This document shows positions 29,001 to 35,747 of a stretch of DNA of 64,000 bases, in pieces (position 1 is the first letter of the stretch; each line of letters begins with the position of its first letter). The position numbers were made by a program, and so were the translations under genes. The notes under the pieces are model-generated. The model did no database searches. It worked only from the letters and a program-made list of their open reading frames with translations, and was not told the DNA's origin. Source of the stretch: Paludibacteraceae bacterium (GTDB lineage: Bacteria > Bacteroidota > Bacteroidia > Bacteroidales > Paludibacteraceae); contig JAZSFR010000008.1 in the NCBI GenBank assembly GCA_045532335.1, forward strand, positions 128,643 to 192,642, in the 5' to 3' direction.

Positions 29001-29280
29001 TCAAAGCCGTATGCGTCCTGTTTTGATGACAGCGTTTACCACTATCTTGGGTATGGTGCCAATGGCTGTGAGCCAAGGAGAGGGTGCCGAGATGTGGCGC
29101 CCATTGGGTATCGTCGTAATCGGCGGTTTGACAGTAGCTACTTTCTTGACATTGTATATTGTACCTGTGATCTATGGTGCGATGTCGAAGAAAGGCGAGC
29201 GCGACAAACTCAAGAAAGTGCGTGAGAACTTCATCTTCATGGATATTGATGTGAAAGATTGCGAAGAAAACGAAAAATAA
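26095..29280 (+). CDS. efflux RND transporter permease subunit (AcrB-like)
   Basis: 1061 aa. 12-TM RND layout with two large periplasmic loops and the conserved GMVVDDAIVV motif. Confidence 0.95.
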   Translation: MAIYKTAIKNPVTTMLVFVAVMIIGLFSFVQLPVDQFPEMDPPYVMVMTTYPGASASEIETNVSKIMENSLTSVDNLKYINSTSKDNVSLVVLELEWGCDITEAVNDVRSFCDMAKNQLPDGCSSPMVFKFSSSTMPICQYSITADESYAALDKILNDEVIPQLNKINGIGNLSVSGAPDRYVYVDIDQQKLDAYGISLEQVGQVISANNLNLSSGTVKMEKEQYQMQVRSEFIESSEINDLMVTITPQGQQVFVRDIATVRDTIKDLSLDEKTNGREAARLIVAKQSGSNTVQVCEDVQEELAKIQKQLPTDVKIQEIYNSADDIRNSINSLEESVLYALLFVVLVVLFFLGKWRATIIISLTIPISLIVAFIYLKMADSSINIISLCSLSIAIGMVVDDAIVVLENITRHIERGENPREASIYATNEVWVSVIATTLVLVAVFVPLTMMDGMAGIMFESLGWIVTVVCCTSTVIAITLTPMLCSKLLQARKFHVENGKLIDDSAKKTWYDRTVVAFLDKVDAAYAKSLGWCLRHKTLTIIALFVFFAASLVPFAMGKVGTDFMAQEDDAFLSVTVELQRGTRIEETVKTARKLEERFMLLVPEIQMISTSAGSNDDDGTGAIFSTTMNNTISMTIRLNKKWERERTIWQIAEVLRQELAQYPEIIEYQAALSSDGPGGGNTVDVEIYGYDFDITNQMAQQIIALTKELPGARDVFSDRDDDRPEIKIIVDKEKASRHGLTSATISSYLRNRVNGMAVGFLKEDGDEYDILVRLKEENRNSISDVLDFSIPTPMGQTIKLSEICSVDEYWAPPKIVRKSRQRIVTVKVTPYETSLGELAQAINTQVLPQIDKPAGYSIRLAGSYEDQQESFGKLGMLGALILILVYIVMASQFESFSNPGIIMFTVPFALSGVILALWITGVSLDMIGALGIVLLVGIVVKNGIVLVDYINLMRERGHDLNEAIQISGQSRMRPVLMTAFTTILGMVPMAVSQGEGAEMWRPLGIVVIGGLTVATFLTLYIVPVIYGAMSKKGERDKLKKVRENFIFMDIDVKDCEENEK

Positions 29281-29302
29281 GCTCCTTAATCCAAATGTAA
29301 TT

Positions 29303-29596
29303 ATGAAAAGTGTAATGATTATATTCAATCAAGCTAATACCGAACGTGTGGAGTATATGCTTGATATGTTAGAGATACGTGGCTTTACCTTCTTTGAGGA
29401 AGTACAAGGTCGTGGTAGTAAGAATGGCGAGCCTCGCCGTGGTACACACGCGTGGCCAGAGATGAACTCTTGTGTCATCACCATCGTGCCAGACGAGAAG
29501 GCTCCTTTATTGCTCGAAGCAGTAAAGAAACTTGATAAACGCAATGAGGAAGTCGGTGTGCGTGCTTTTATGTGGAATATAGAGGCAACGGTATAA
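29303..29596 (+). CDS. small P-II-fold-like transporter-associated protein
   Basis: 97 aa. The pattern MIIFNQ...RGFTFFEEVQGRGSK...ITIVPDEKA is P-II-like beta-alpha-beta. It is the last gene of the RND operon before the terminator. I recall a Bacteroidota family of this kind (PG0541-like) but cannot verify the name. Confidence 0.5.
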   Translation: MKSVMIIFNQANTERVEYMLDMLEIRGFTFFEEVQGRGSKNGEPRRGTHAWPEMNSCVITIVPDEKAPLLLEAVKKLDKRNEEVGVRAFMWNIEATV

Positions 29597-29615
29597 ATCC
29601 GATTACCATAATCAA

Positions 29616-29662
29616 CTAAAGTGGGTGTGTCAAAGTTTGGCACACCCACTTTAGTTTTTTTT
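29616..29662 (+). terminator. intrinsic terminator after RND operon
   Basis: 14-bp stem CTAAAGTGGGTGTG / CACACCCACTTTAG followed by T8. Confidence 0.85.
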
Positions 29663-29676
29663 ACGGACTGATAACG

Positions 29677-29735
29677 GAGTGGTAACGGGGAAAGTAGGGT
29701 ATAAACCCGTTATGAACCCGTAATTGATAGTATGC
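29677..29735. repeat. second copy of dispersed intergenic element
   Basis: GGAGTGGTAACGG ... TATAAACCCGTTATGAACCCGTAATTGATAG, matching 9419-9535 apart from a ~60-nt insert in the first copy. Confidence 0.7.
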
Positions 29736-29753
29736 TGGTAATTGTTAGTATAT

Positions 29754-29784
29754 AACAAAAGAAGAAGCATTTCTGCTTCTTCTT
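29754..29784 (-). terminator. terminator after tRNA-Asp
   Basis: Stem GAAGAAGCA / TGCTTCTTC (extendable to 11 bp), followed on the minus strand by TTTTGTT. Confidence 0.7.
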
Positions 29785-29785
29785 G

Positions 29786-29859
29786 CGGTGCGGACGGGAC
29801 TCGAACCCGCGACCCCATGCGTGACAGGCATGTATTCTAACCAACTGAACTACCGCACC
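29786..29859 (-). tRNA. tRNA-Asp (anticodon GTC)
   Basis: The reverse complement folds as a cloverleaf: acceptor GGTGCGG/CCGCACC, D arm GTTC..GAAT, anticodon stem CATGC/GCATG with loop CTGTCAC, T arm GCGGG TTCGAGT CCCGT. CCA is not encoded. Confidence 0.93.
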
Positions 29860-29895
29860 AATTGTTATGTCTTGGTTCATTTCCGAAACCGAGTG

Positions 29896-29927
29896 CAAAG
29901 GTACTGCTTTTTTTTGAAATGACCAAA
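29896..29927 (-). promoter_or_regulatory. promoter of tRNA-Asp
   Basis: On the minus strand: TTTGGTCATTTCAAAAAAAAGCAGTACCTTTG. It is nearly identical to the tRNA-Phe and rplM promoters. Confidence 0.75.
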
Positions 29928-30025
29928 TAAATTGCGAAAAAAAGTTTTATTTCATGCGATTTTGTTAAATTTACTTGTCAAAATAGAGAAATATATGCTA
30001 TAAAACATATTTTTATGGGCTAAAA

Positions 30026-30057
30026 TTTGGTGGGTATGGAAAAAAGCAGTACCTTTG
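30026..30057 (+). promoter_or_regulatory. promoter of candidate sRNA
   Basis: TTTGGTGGGTATGGAAAAAAGCAGTACCTTTG, same extended consensus. Confidence 0.65.
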
Positions 30058-30063
30058 CACCGT

Positions 30064-30132
30064 GTTTTTCATGGTATTAGATTTAAGGTTAAGTAAAGAT
30101 TGGGTTGTCGGGAGACAATCCTCTTTTTTTTT
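30064..30132 (+). ncRNA. candidate small RNA (~65 nt): consensus promoter followed directly by intrinsic terminator
   Basis: A TTTG-N20-TAccTTTG promoter at 30026-30057 points away from tRNA-Asp. An 8-bp stem (GGGTTGTC / GACAATCC) with a GGGA loop and a T-run sits at 30102-30132. No plausible CDS lies downstream on this strand (pepD is convergent). Confidence 0.45.
30102..30132 (+). terminator. terminator of candidate sRNA
   Basis: GGGTTGTC-GGGA-GACAATCC, then TCTTTTTTTTT. Confidence 0.7.
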
Positions 30133-30180
30133 GTAAAAATCTAGTATGACTAGAGATTTTAGTTTCGCTAGATTAAACTA

Positions 30181-30212
30181 AAAAAGGTTACTCATTTCGA
30201 GTAACCTTTTTT
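30181..30212. terminator. bidirectional terminator (serves pepD on the minus strand)
   Basis: A5-GGTTACTC-loop-GAGTAACC-T6. Confidence 0.8.
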
Positions 30213-30230
30213 GTTTATAGAGCGATTTTA

Positions 30231-31670
30231 TTAAAGCGCTTTGAGTGTTGCCAAAAGATATTCGTAGAATTTAGCCACAGATGGGACATTCACTTTCTCG
30301 TCTGGAGAGTGTGGATATTTGATGGTTGGTCCAAAAGAAATCATGTCCATACCAGGATAGTTGCGACCAATGATACCACATTCCAATCCTGCGTGGATGA
30401 TAATCACGCGTGGTTCAACACCATAATTCTCTTGGTAGGTTGTTTTCATTACCTGTAGGATATGGCTATTGAGGTTTGGTTTCCAACCAGGATATGATCC
30501 AGAGAATACGACCTCCGCCCCTGCCATGGCAAATACAGACTCAATGATGGATTGCAATTCCTCTTTGCGGGACTCTACGGATGAACGGGTCAAGCACATG
30601 ACGGTCACGCAGTTATCTTCGGTAACCAACATGGCGAGATTGTTACTGGTCTCAACCACGTCAGGCATCTCAGGGATGACACGATATACTCCGTGAGGGC
30701 AAGCTGTGATAGCGTGGATTAAGAAGTCTTGTACATCTTCTGGCAATTCGGTTGCAGGGCACTCAACCTCGGTAGCAGTCAATTGGATATTGTCTTCCAC
30801 GCCATCGTATTCTGCGATGAAGAGGTCTTCGTATTCTGCTACAAGATCCATGATCTCATCAACGCCCTCCGCAGGAATGGTGATTACAGCTGCTGCCTCG
30901 CGCGGGATGGCGTTGCGCAGGCTACCGCCTTCCACGTATGCCAAACGAGCCTCGTAGTTCGCTACAGCGTCTTTCAAGAAACGGAACAGCAGTTTGTTTG
31001 CGTTGGCGCGTTGCAAGTGAATATCACAACCTGAGTGACCGCCTTTGCAACCAGTAACACTGACTTTGACTGCTACATCACCCTCCTCTACTTCTACAGG
31101 AGTGTAGTGGAACTTAGCGGTAGTATCTACACCACCTGCACAACCTACATACAACTCGCCCTCGGCCTCAGAGTCTAAGTTGAGCAAGGTTTTGCCTTGT
31201 AACATACCACCTTCCAAGGCAAAAGCACCGTACATACCTGTCTCCTCGTCAACAGTAACCAATACTTCCAATGGAGGATGTACCACTGACTTGTCTGCCA
31301 AGATTGCCATAGCAGCGGCTACGCCAATACCGTTATCTGCGCCTAGAGTAGTGCCTTGGGCTGTTACCCATTCGCCATCTACATATGCTTCGATAGGGTC
31401 CTTCTCAAAGTCAAACACGGTATCATTGTTCTTTTGTGGAACCATGTCCATATGACCTTGAAGGATCACACCTGGATGATTCTCATAACCTGGACTAGCT
31501 GGTTTACGGATAATCACATTACCGATGGTATCAACTATGGTCTCTAGACCTAAACTCTTGCCGTATGCTGCCAAAAATGCAGATACTTCCTCTTTCTTAC
31601 CCGATGGGCGAGGAATTTGGGTGAGGCTATAAAAATGCTCCCACACCGCTTTTGGTGCTAAATTTTTCAT
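30231..31670 (-). CDS. pepD: aminoacyl-histidine dipeptidase (Xaa-His dipeptidase)
   Basis: 479 aa. The N-terminus LAPKAVWEHFYSLTQIPRPSGKEE and GHMDMVPQ / GADNGIG metal-binding motifs fit the M20C family. Confidence 0.9.
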   Translation of the reverse strand: MKNLAPKAVWEHFYSLTQIPRPSGKKEEVSAFLAAYGKSLGLETIVDTIGNVIIRKPASPGYENHPGVILQGHMDMVPQKNNDTVFDFEKDPIEAYVDGEWVTAQGTTLGADNGIGVAAAMAILADKSVVHPPLEVLVTVDEETGMYGAFALEGGMLQGKTLLNLDSEAEGELYVGCAGGVDTTAKFHYTPVEVEEGDVAVKVSVTGCKGGHSGCDIHLQRANANKLLFRFLKDAVANYEARLAYVEGGSLRNAIPREAAAVITIPAEGVDEIMDLVAEYEDLFIAEYDGVEDNIQLTATEVECPATELPEDVQDFLIHAITACPHGVYRVIPEMPDVVETSNNLAMLVTEDNCVTVMCLTRSSVESRKEELQSIIESVFAMAGAEVVFSGSYPGWKPNLNSHILQVMKTTYQENYGVEPRVIIIHAGLECGIIGRNYPGMDMISFGPTIKYPHSPDEKVNVPSVAKFYEYLLATLKAL

Positions 31671-31678
31671 ATATGTAT

Positions 31679-32722
31679 TTATTCAATAGTTAATTCTCCA
31701 CATAGGGAAATAGAGAGAAGTTGCTTTACTTTTTCTACATCATTTGGATTCTCACCAAGCAAGTGCATCATCTTTGTCAATAATGCTTCGGTTGTAATGT
31801 CATATCCCGATATTACACCCGCTTTCAATAGGTTCATGCTCACTGCATAATGTCCCATAGATACCGATCCTGTATGACATTGTGTCTTATTCACAATCAC
31901 CACGCCTCTATCTACTGCATTGCGTAAACGGCGATATAACCATTCGTGCGTAGGTGCATTACCCGCTCCGAATGTCTCTAATACTACACCTTTTAAATTA
32001 GGAATATCCAATACTGCTGCCACAACATCCTCTGTAATGCCCGGGAAGAGTTTTAATATAGCTACGCGTGTATCAAATTTCTTCATCAACCCCAACGGCA
32101 ATCTTTCTCCGCCAAGTGGCTCAATAAACTGTCTGTTATAGGTGATATGTACACCCGCCTTGGCCAGTGCAGGGTAGTTGTAAGACTTGAATGCCGAGAA
32201 GTGCTCCGCATTACGTTTGGTCGTTCTGTTACCGCGATATAGTTCGCCATCCATATATAGGCAAACCTCAGGTACGATTGGACCATTTGCATCATATGCT
32301 GCGGCTATTTCAATGGCGGTCAATAGATTTTCCTTAGCATCCGAACGCAGTACACCTACTGGCAATTGACTGCCTGTGAATACCACTGGTTTGCTGAGAT
32401 TATCAAACATAAAACTCAACGCTGAGGCTGAATACGACATGGTATCTGTGCCGTGCAAGATGACAAATCCATCATACTCATCGTAATGATCATATACCAT
32501 TTGTGCCATTTGTATCCAACTCTCTGGGTTCAAGTCAGAAGAATCCAATAATGGCTCAAAAGGTGTCATTTCTACTTGAATATCACCAGCAAAGAGCTCT
32601 GGTACAAAGGCCTTGAAGGTTTGCATGTCTGCAGGATGCAATGCTCCTGTCTCTGCATCACGAACCATTGAAATGGTACCTCCTGTCAAAATCAGTAGAA
32701 CTTTCATTGTTGCAGTTTTCAT
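31679..32722 (-). CDS. ansA: type I L-asparaginase
   Basis: LILTGGTISM and ILHGTDTM catalytic motifs. Start ATG 32722 (or 32707) is chosen because the -7 box at 32734-32741 lies inside the longer track ORF. Confidence 0.9.
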   Translation of the reverse strand: MKTATMKVLLILTGGTISMVRDAETGALHPADMQTFKAFVPELFAGDIQVEMTPFEPLLDSSDLNPESWIQMAQMVYDHYDEYDGFVILHGTDTMSYSASALSFMFDNLSKPVVFTGSQLPVGVLRSDAKENLLTAIEIAAAYDANGPIVPEVCLYMDGELYRGNRTTKRNAEHFSAFKSYNYPALAKAGVHITYNRQFIEPLGGERLPLGLMKKFDTRVAILKLFPGITEDVVAAVLDIPNLKGVVLETFGAGNAPTHEWLYRRLRNAVDRGVVIVNKTQCHTGSVSMGHYAVSMNLLKAGVISGYDITTEALLTKMMHLLGENPNDVEKVKQLLSISLCGELTIE

Positions 32723-32733
32723 TAAATTCTTTG

Positions 32734-32765
32734 CAAAGATACTACTTTTTTTTCGCATATGCAAA
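32734..32765 (-). promoter_or_regulatory. promoter of ansA-pepD
   Basis: On the minus strand: TTTGCATATGCGAAAAAAAAGTAGTATCTTTG. Confidence 0.65.
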
Positions 32766-32872
32766 TTTCTTGATAAAAAAGGAGCTCGATATCTCATCGA
32801 ACTCCTCTCCACTATTATGAAAAACACTATTTATTTAAACACGATTTCTCGTGTTTTCGTAGATTCTTATCT

Positions 32873-33565
32873 TTAACTCTCACCATTAGTCATTTCCACC
32901 AACTTGTATCCTTTGCTGTGCACACTTAGAATACGCATAGGACTATTCTCTCCTAAATATTTGCGAAGATGGTTTACATATACGCTTAGCGAACGCGCAT
33001 TGAAATAGGTGTCCTCTCCCCACAAACTCATCAAGATATAGTTGCGTTCTACCAAACTATTCATGTTCTGGCAAAACATTAGCAACAATTCGTTTTCCCT
33101 GGTGCTCAAATGATGTTCGCCCAATGTTTGACGTACACTATCATAATGCACTCCGCCCAAATCAAACTCAGTTTTGTTCTTGGCATTGCCATACTGACAA
33201 CGGCGTAGAATTGCTTCTATTTGATAGGTTAAAATATCAATGGAGAATGGTTTGAAAATATAGTCATCACATCCCAACTCGTATGCGCGGATAATACTAT
33301 CTTTATCCATCTTCTCGCTGATAAATACGACGGGCAATGTTGCAAATGCGCTACGAATCAATTTCAATAACTCGTAACCATTCATGTTTGGCATGGTAAT
33401 ATTGCTCAATACAATATCATAATGGCGCTTAGGAATCAACTCCCACGCTTCTTGTCCGTCTTTCGCTGTGTCCACTACATAGGATTTGCTACGTAGGTAA
33501 TCAGCTACGACCATGCTCAAGTTGGCATCGCTCTCGATTAATAATATATGATTTGATTGAGTCAT
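32873..33565 (-). CDS. OmpR/PhoB-type response regulator, atypical receiver (Asn at phospho-acceptor position)
   Basis: 230 aa. Receiver domain plus winged-helix domain (LSTRENELL...VYVNHLRKYL...GYKLV). The expected LLD acceptor reads DIVLSNITMPNMNG (Asn55, codon 33401-33403). No kinase gene is adjacent. Confidence 0.8.
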   Translation of the reverse strand: MTQSNHILLIESDANLSMVVADYLRSKSYVVDTAKDGQEAWELIPKRHYDIVLSNITMPNMNGYELLKLIRSAFATLPVVFISEKMDKDSIIRAYELGCDDYIFKPFSIDILTYQIEAILRRCQYGNAKNKTEFDLGGVHYDSVRQTLGEHHLSTRENELLLMFCQNMNSLVERNYILMSLWGEDTYFNARSLSVYVNHLRKYLGENSPMRILSVHSKGYKLVEMTNGES

Positions 33566-33632
33566 TATATCATGCTTTATTTACCAATTCATATACTACA
33601 AATACCGTGCCAAATGTCAAGATGTGCTAATT

Positions 33633-34553
33633 TTATTGAGAGAAATCTAAATATATTGATATCTTTTCAATATCACTAGGACTTAGACCTTTAATTTTTT
33701 TAAGTTCCTCAGCCGATTTGATGCGTATGTGCCTTCGCCTATATTCATATATGGCTTTGGCCTGTTCGAAACTCAAATATGGATGTCGGTGTAATACCTC
33801 GGGTCGTATTTTGTTGACCGGCATTTTGTTGAGCACTACACTATCTATGTAAAAATGGGGTAGTATACTATCAGCGACCACCTTGTCCATACCTCTCGCT
33901 TCTAATATTTGTTCCACTCTAGCATACCCACCTAATTGTTCTCGGTAGCGAACAATCATTTTGGCTCGATACGATCCGATACCTCTAATTAGTTTCAATT
34001 CCGTAGTGTCTGCCGTCCGCAAGTTCAATATGGTGTCTTTCTTTATGCTTCTCCATTTAGGCAAACTATCCAAGTGGATAGTATCTACCTGTGCCGAATC
34101 TACTGCGATGCTATCTTGTTGAATACATATATAAGGTTCTAGTGCAATGTACATGCTGTCGGTCATGCCGTAGAGTTTTTTCATATCCTCTTTTTGGCGA
34201 TACCTTCCTCCCTTAGCACGGTACTTGAGCATGTTTTTTGCCTGCCATGGCTTAAATCCTAAATGCAATAGCGTGACGCTATCCACTGTGTTGGGATCAA
34301 ACATTTGCATCCGTATTTCGATTGTATCACGCTTGTATGTCTTTTTCCATGTGGATTTATGGATGCTGTCTTGTTTGGCTTGGTAGTCTTCAAAGTTAGT
34401 TTTTATAGAATCTTCGACCAATACAATTGGTTTAGTCTCTGGTTGCAAATACTTAGTCGCCACCATTCCTGCAGCAATGAGCACGGCGAGAATCAATAGT
34501 CCCAACCATTGCTCTGCTGTCAACAAAAATATCTTCTCTCTCTTCTTCATCAA
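33633..34553 (-). CDS. helix-hairpin-helix (ComEA-like) DNA-binding membrane protein
   Basis: 306 aa. N-terminal TM helix. Two HhH-type segments (ELKLIRGIGSYRAKMIVRYRE ; ELKKIKGLSPSDIEKI). Confidence 0.7.
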   Translation of the reverse strand: MMKKREKIFLLTAEQWLGLLILAVLIAAGMVATKYLQPETKPIVLVEDSIKTNFEDYQAKQDSIHKSTWKKTYKRDTIEIRMQMFDPNTVDSVTLLHLGFKPWQAKNMLKYRAKGGRYRQKEDMKKLYGMTDSMYIALEPYICIQQDSIAVDSAQVDTIHLDSLPKWRSIKKDTILNLRTADTTELKLIRGIGSYRAKMIVRYREQLGGYARVEQILEARGMDKVVADSILPHFYIDSVVLNKMPVNKIRPEVLHRHPYLSFEQAKAIYEYRRRHIRIKSAEELKKIKGLSPSDIEKISIYLDFSQ

Positions 34554-34556
34554 CTC

Positions 34557-35723
34557 TCAACTTTCAACATTCCTCACCACCGACTCTATTATGCCATCTT
34601 GCAGATAAGTCTTCAGCATATCTCCTTCTTTTACATCTTCTTTTCTCATCACGGGTTTGCCATTCGACATGGTTAGACTATAACCCATTTTGAAGATTCT
34701 CTTTGGCGAATGTAGTTCTATTGTTTTGGCCCACATGTGCAGTTGATTCTGCTCTTGCATGATTAGTCGTTGTGCCGAATAACTCATACGCTGTAAGTAT
34801 GTTTGCAATCTGTTATTCTCTTGTACGACAACCTGTTGAGTTGCTTTGTGTAGACGCAATGCCAATTGATTGATTGCTTCCACCTGCTCTGCAACGCGTT
34901 CGATGAGCCATTCCGCAGCCGCTGTAGGAGTCTTCACAGATGTGTGCGCCACCATATCTACAATACTCATATCTCTGGTATGACCGATACCTGAGAGAAT
35001 AGGCAACGGAAACTGTGCACAATGACTAGCCAATTCATAGTCATCAAAACATCCTAAATCTGTTGTTGCACCACCTCCACGAATAATAACCACTATATCC
35101 CATTTCTCCTCCTCGCTAGCTATCTTGTTCAATGCTTTGATAATACTTTTTGGGGCATTGTCGCCTTGCATTACGGCAGCAAACAATTCTAACTCATACT
35201 TCACTCCAAAGCGATTATTCTGCAATTGGTCACAAAAATCGCCATATCCTGCGGCATCTGCAGCCGATATTACCGCTATTTTTCGAACGAGGGTGGGGAG
35301 CGTCAAACTCTGTTGCAATTCCATTACCCCGTCTTCGGTCAATCGGCGAATGGTAGCTTGGCGTTGTTTAGCCAAATCGCCTTGCGTATAGGTGGGATCT
35401 ATGTTCCATACATTCAAACTCAATCCATATACAGGATGAAAGGTTACACTCACTTCCACCAACACTTGCATACCCACACGCAGTGCTTGCCCTGTTTCTT
35501 GAACGAAATAGGCAGAAAGCAAACTATACACATTGCTCCAGCAGGTTGCTCTCACTTTAGCCGCCAGCATATTGTCGTCGGCTTTTTCTACGAGTTCCAT
35601 ATAGCAATGTCCTCGTGCACTCAGCGAGGCAATCTCCGCGCGTACCCAATAGCGTTCAAGCAAGTCGTTCTCTACAACCTGCTGAATCTCTACGCATAAT
35701 TCCGATAAACTATATTGTTTCAT
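34557..35723 (-). CDS. xseA: exodeoxyribonuclease VII large subunit
   Basis: 388 aa. LSELCVEIQQVVE...VRAEIASLS..GHCY OB-fold start, and IIRGGGATTDL catalytic-domain motif. Confidence 0.9.
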   Translation of the reverse strand: MKQYSLSELCVEIQQVVENDLLERYWVRAEIASLSARGHCYMELVEKADDNMLAAKVRATCWSNVYSLLSAYFVQETGQALRVGMQVLVEVSVTFHPVYGLSLNVWNIDPTYTQGDLAKQRQATIRRLTEDGVMELQQSLTLPTLVRKIAVISAADAAGYGDFCDQLQNNRFGVKYELELFAAVMQGDNAPKSIIKALNKIASEEEKWDIVVIIRGGGATTDLGCFDDYELASHCAQFPLPILSGIGHTRDMSIVDMVAHTSVKTPTAAAEWLIERVAEQVEAINQLALRLHKATQQVVVQENNRLQTYLQRMSYSAQRLIMQEQNQLHMWAKTIELHSPKRIFKMGYSLTMSNGKPVMRKEDVKEGDMLKTYLQDGIIESVVRNVES

Positions 35724-35726
35724 ATC

Positions 35727-35747
35727 ACTAAATACTAAACACTAAAC
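35727..35747. repeat. 7-nt periodic ACTAAAC (minus strand GTTTAGT) spacer at the comEC/xseA junction
   Basis: Minus-strand TAG at 35730, 35737 and 35744 (period 7). The first is the comEC stop, and the repeat encodes the comEC tail SLVFSI. Confidence 0.85.

Noticed and set aside
30071-30136. A 21-codon ORF (MVLDLRLSKDWVVGRQSSFFL) inside the candidate sRNA.
   Set aside because: It reads straight through the terminator stem and the U-tract, which explains the FFL ending. It has no independent support, so the unit is treated as non-coding, although a micro-peptide cannot be excluded.
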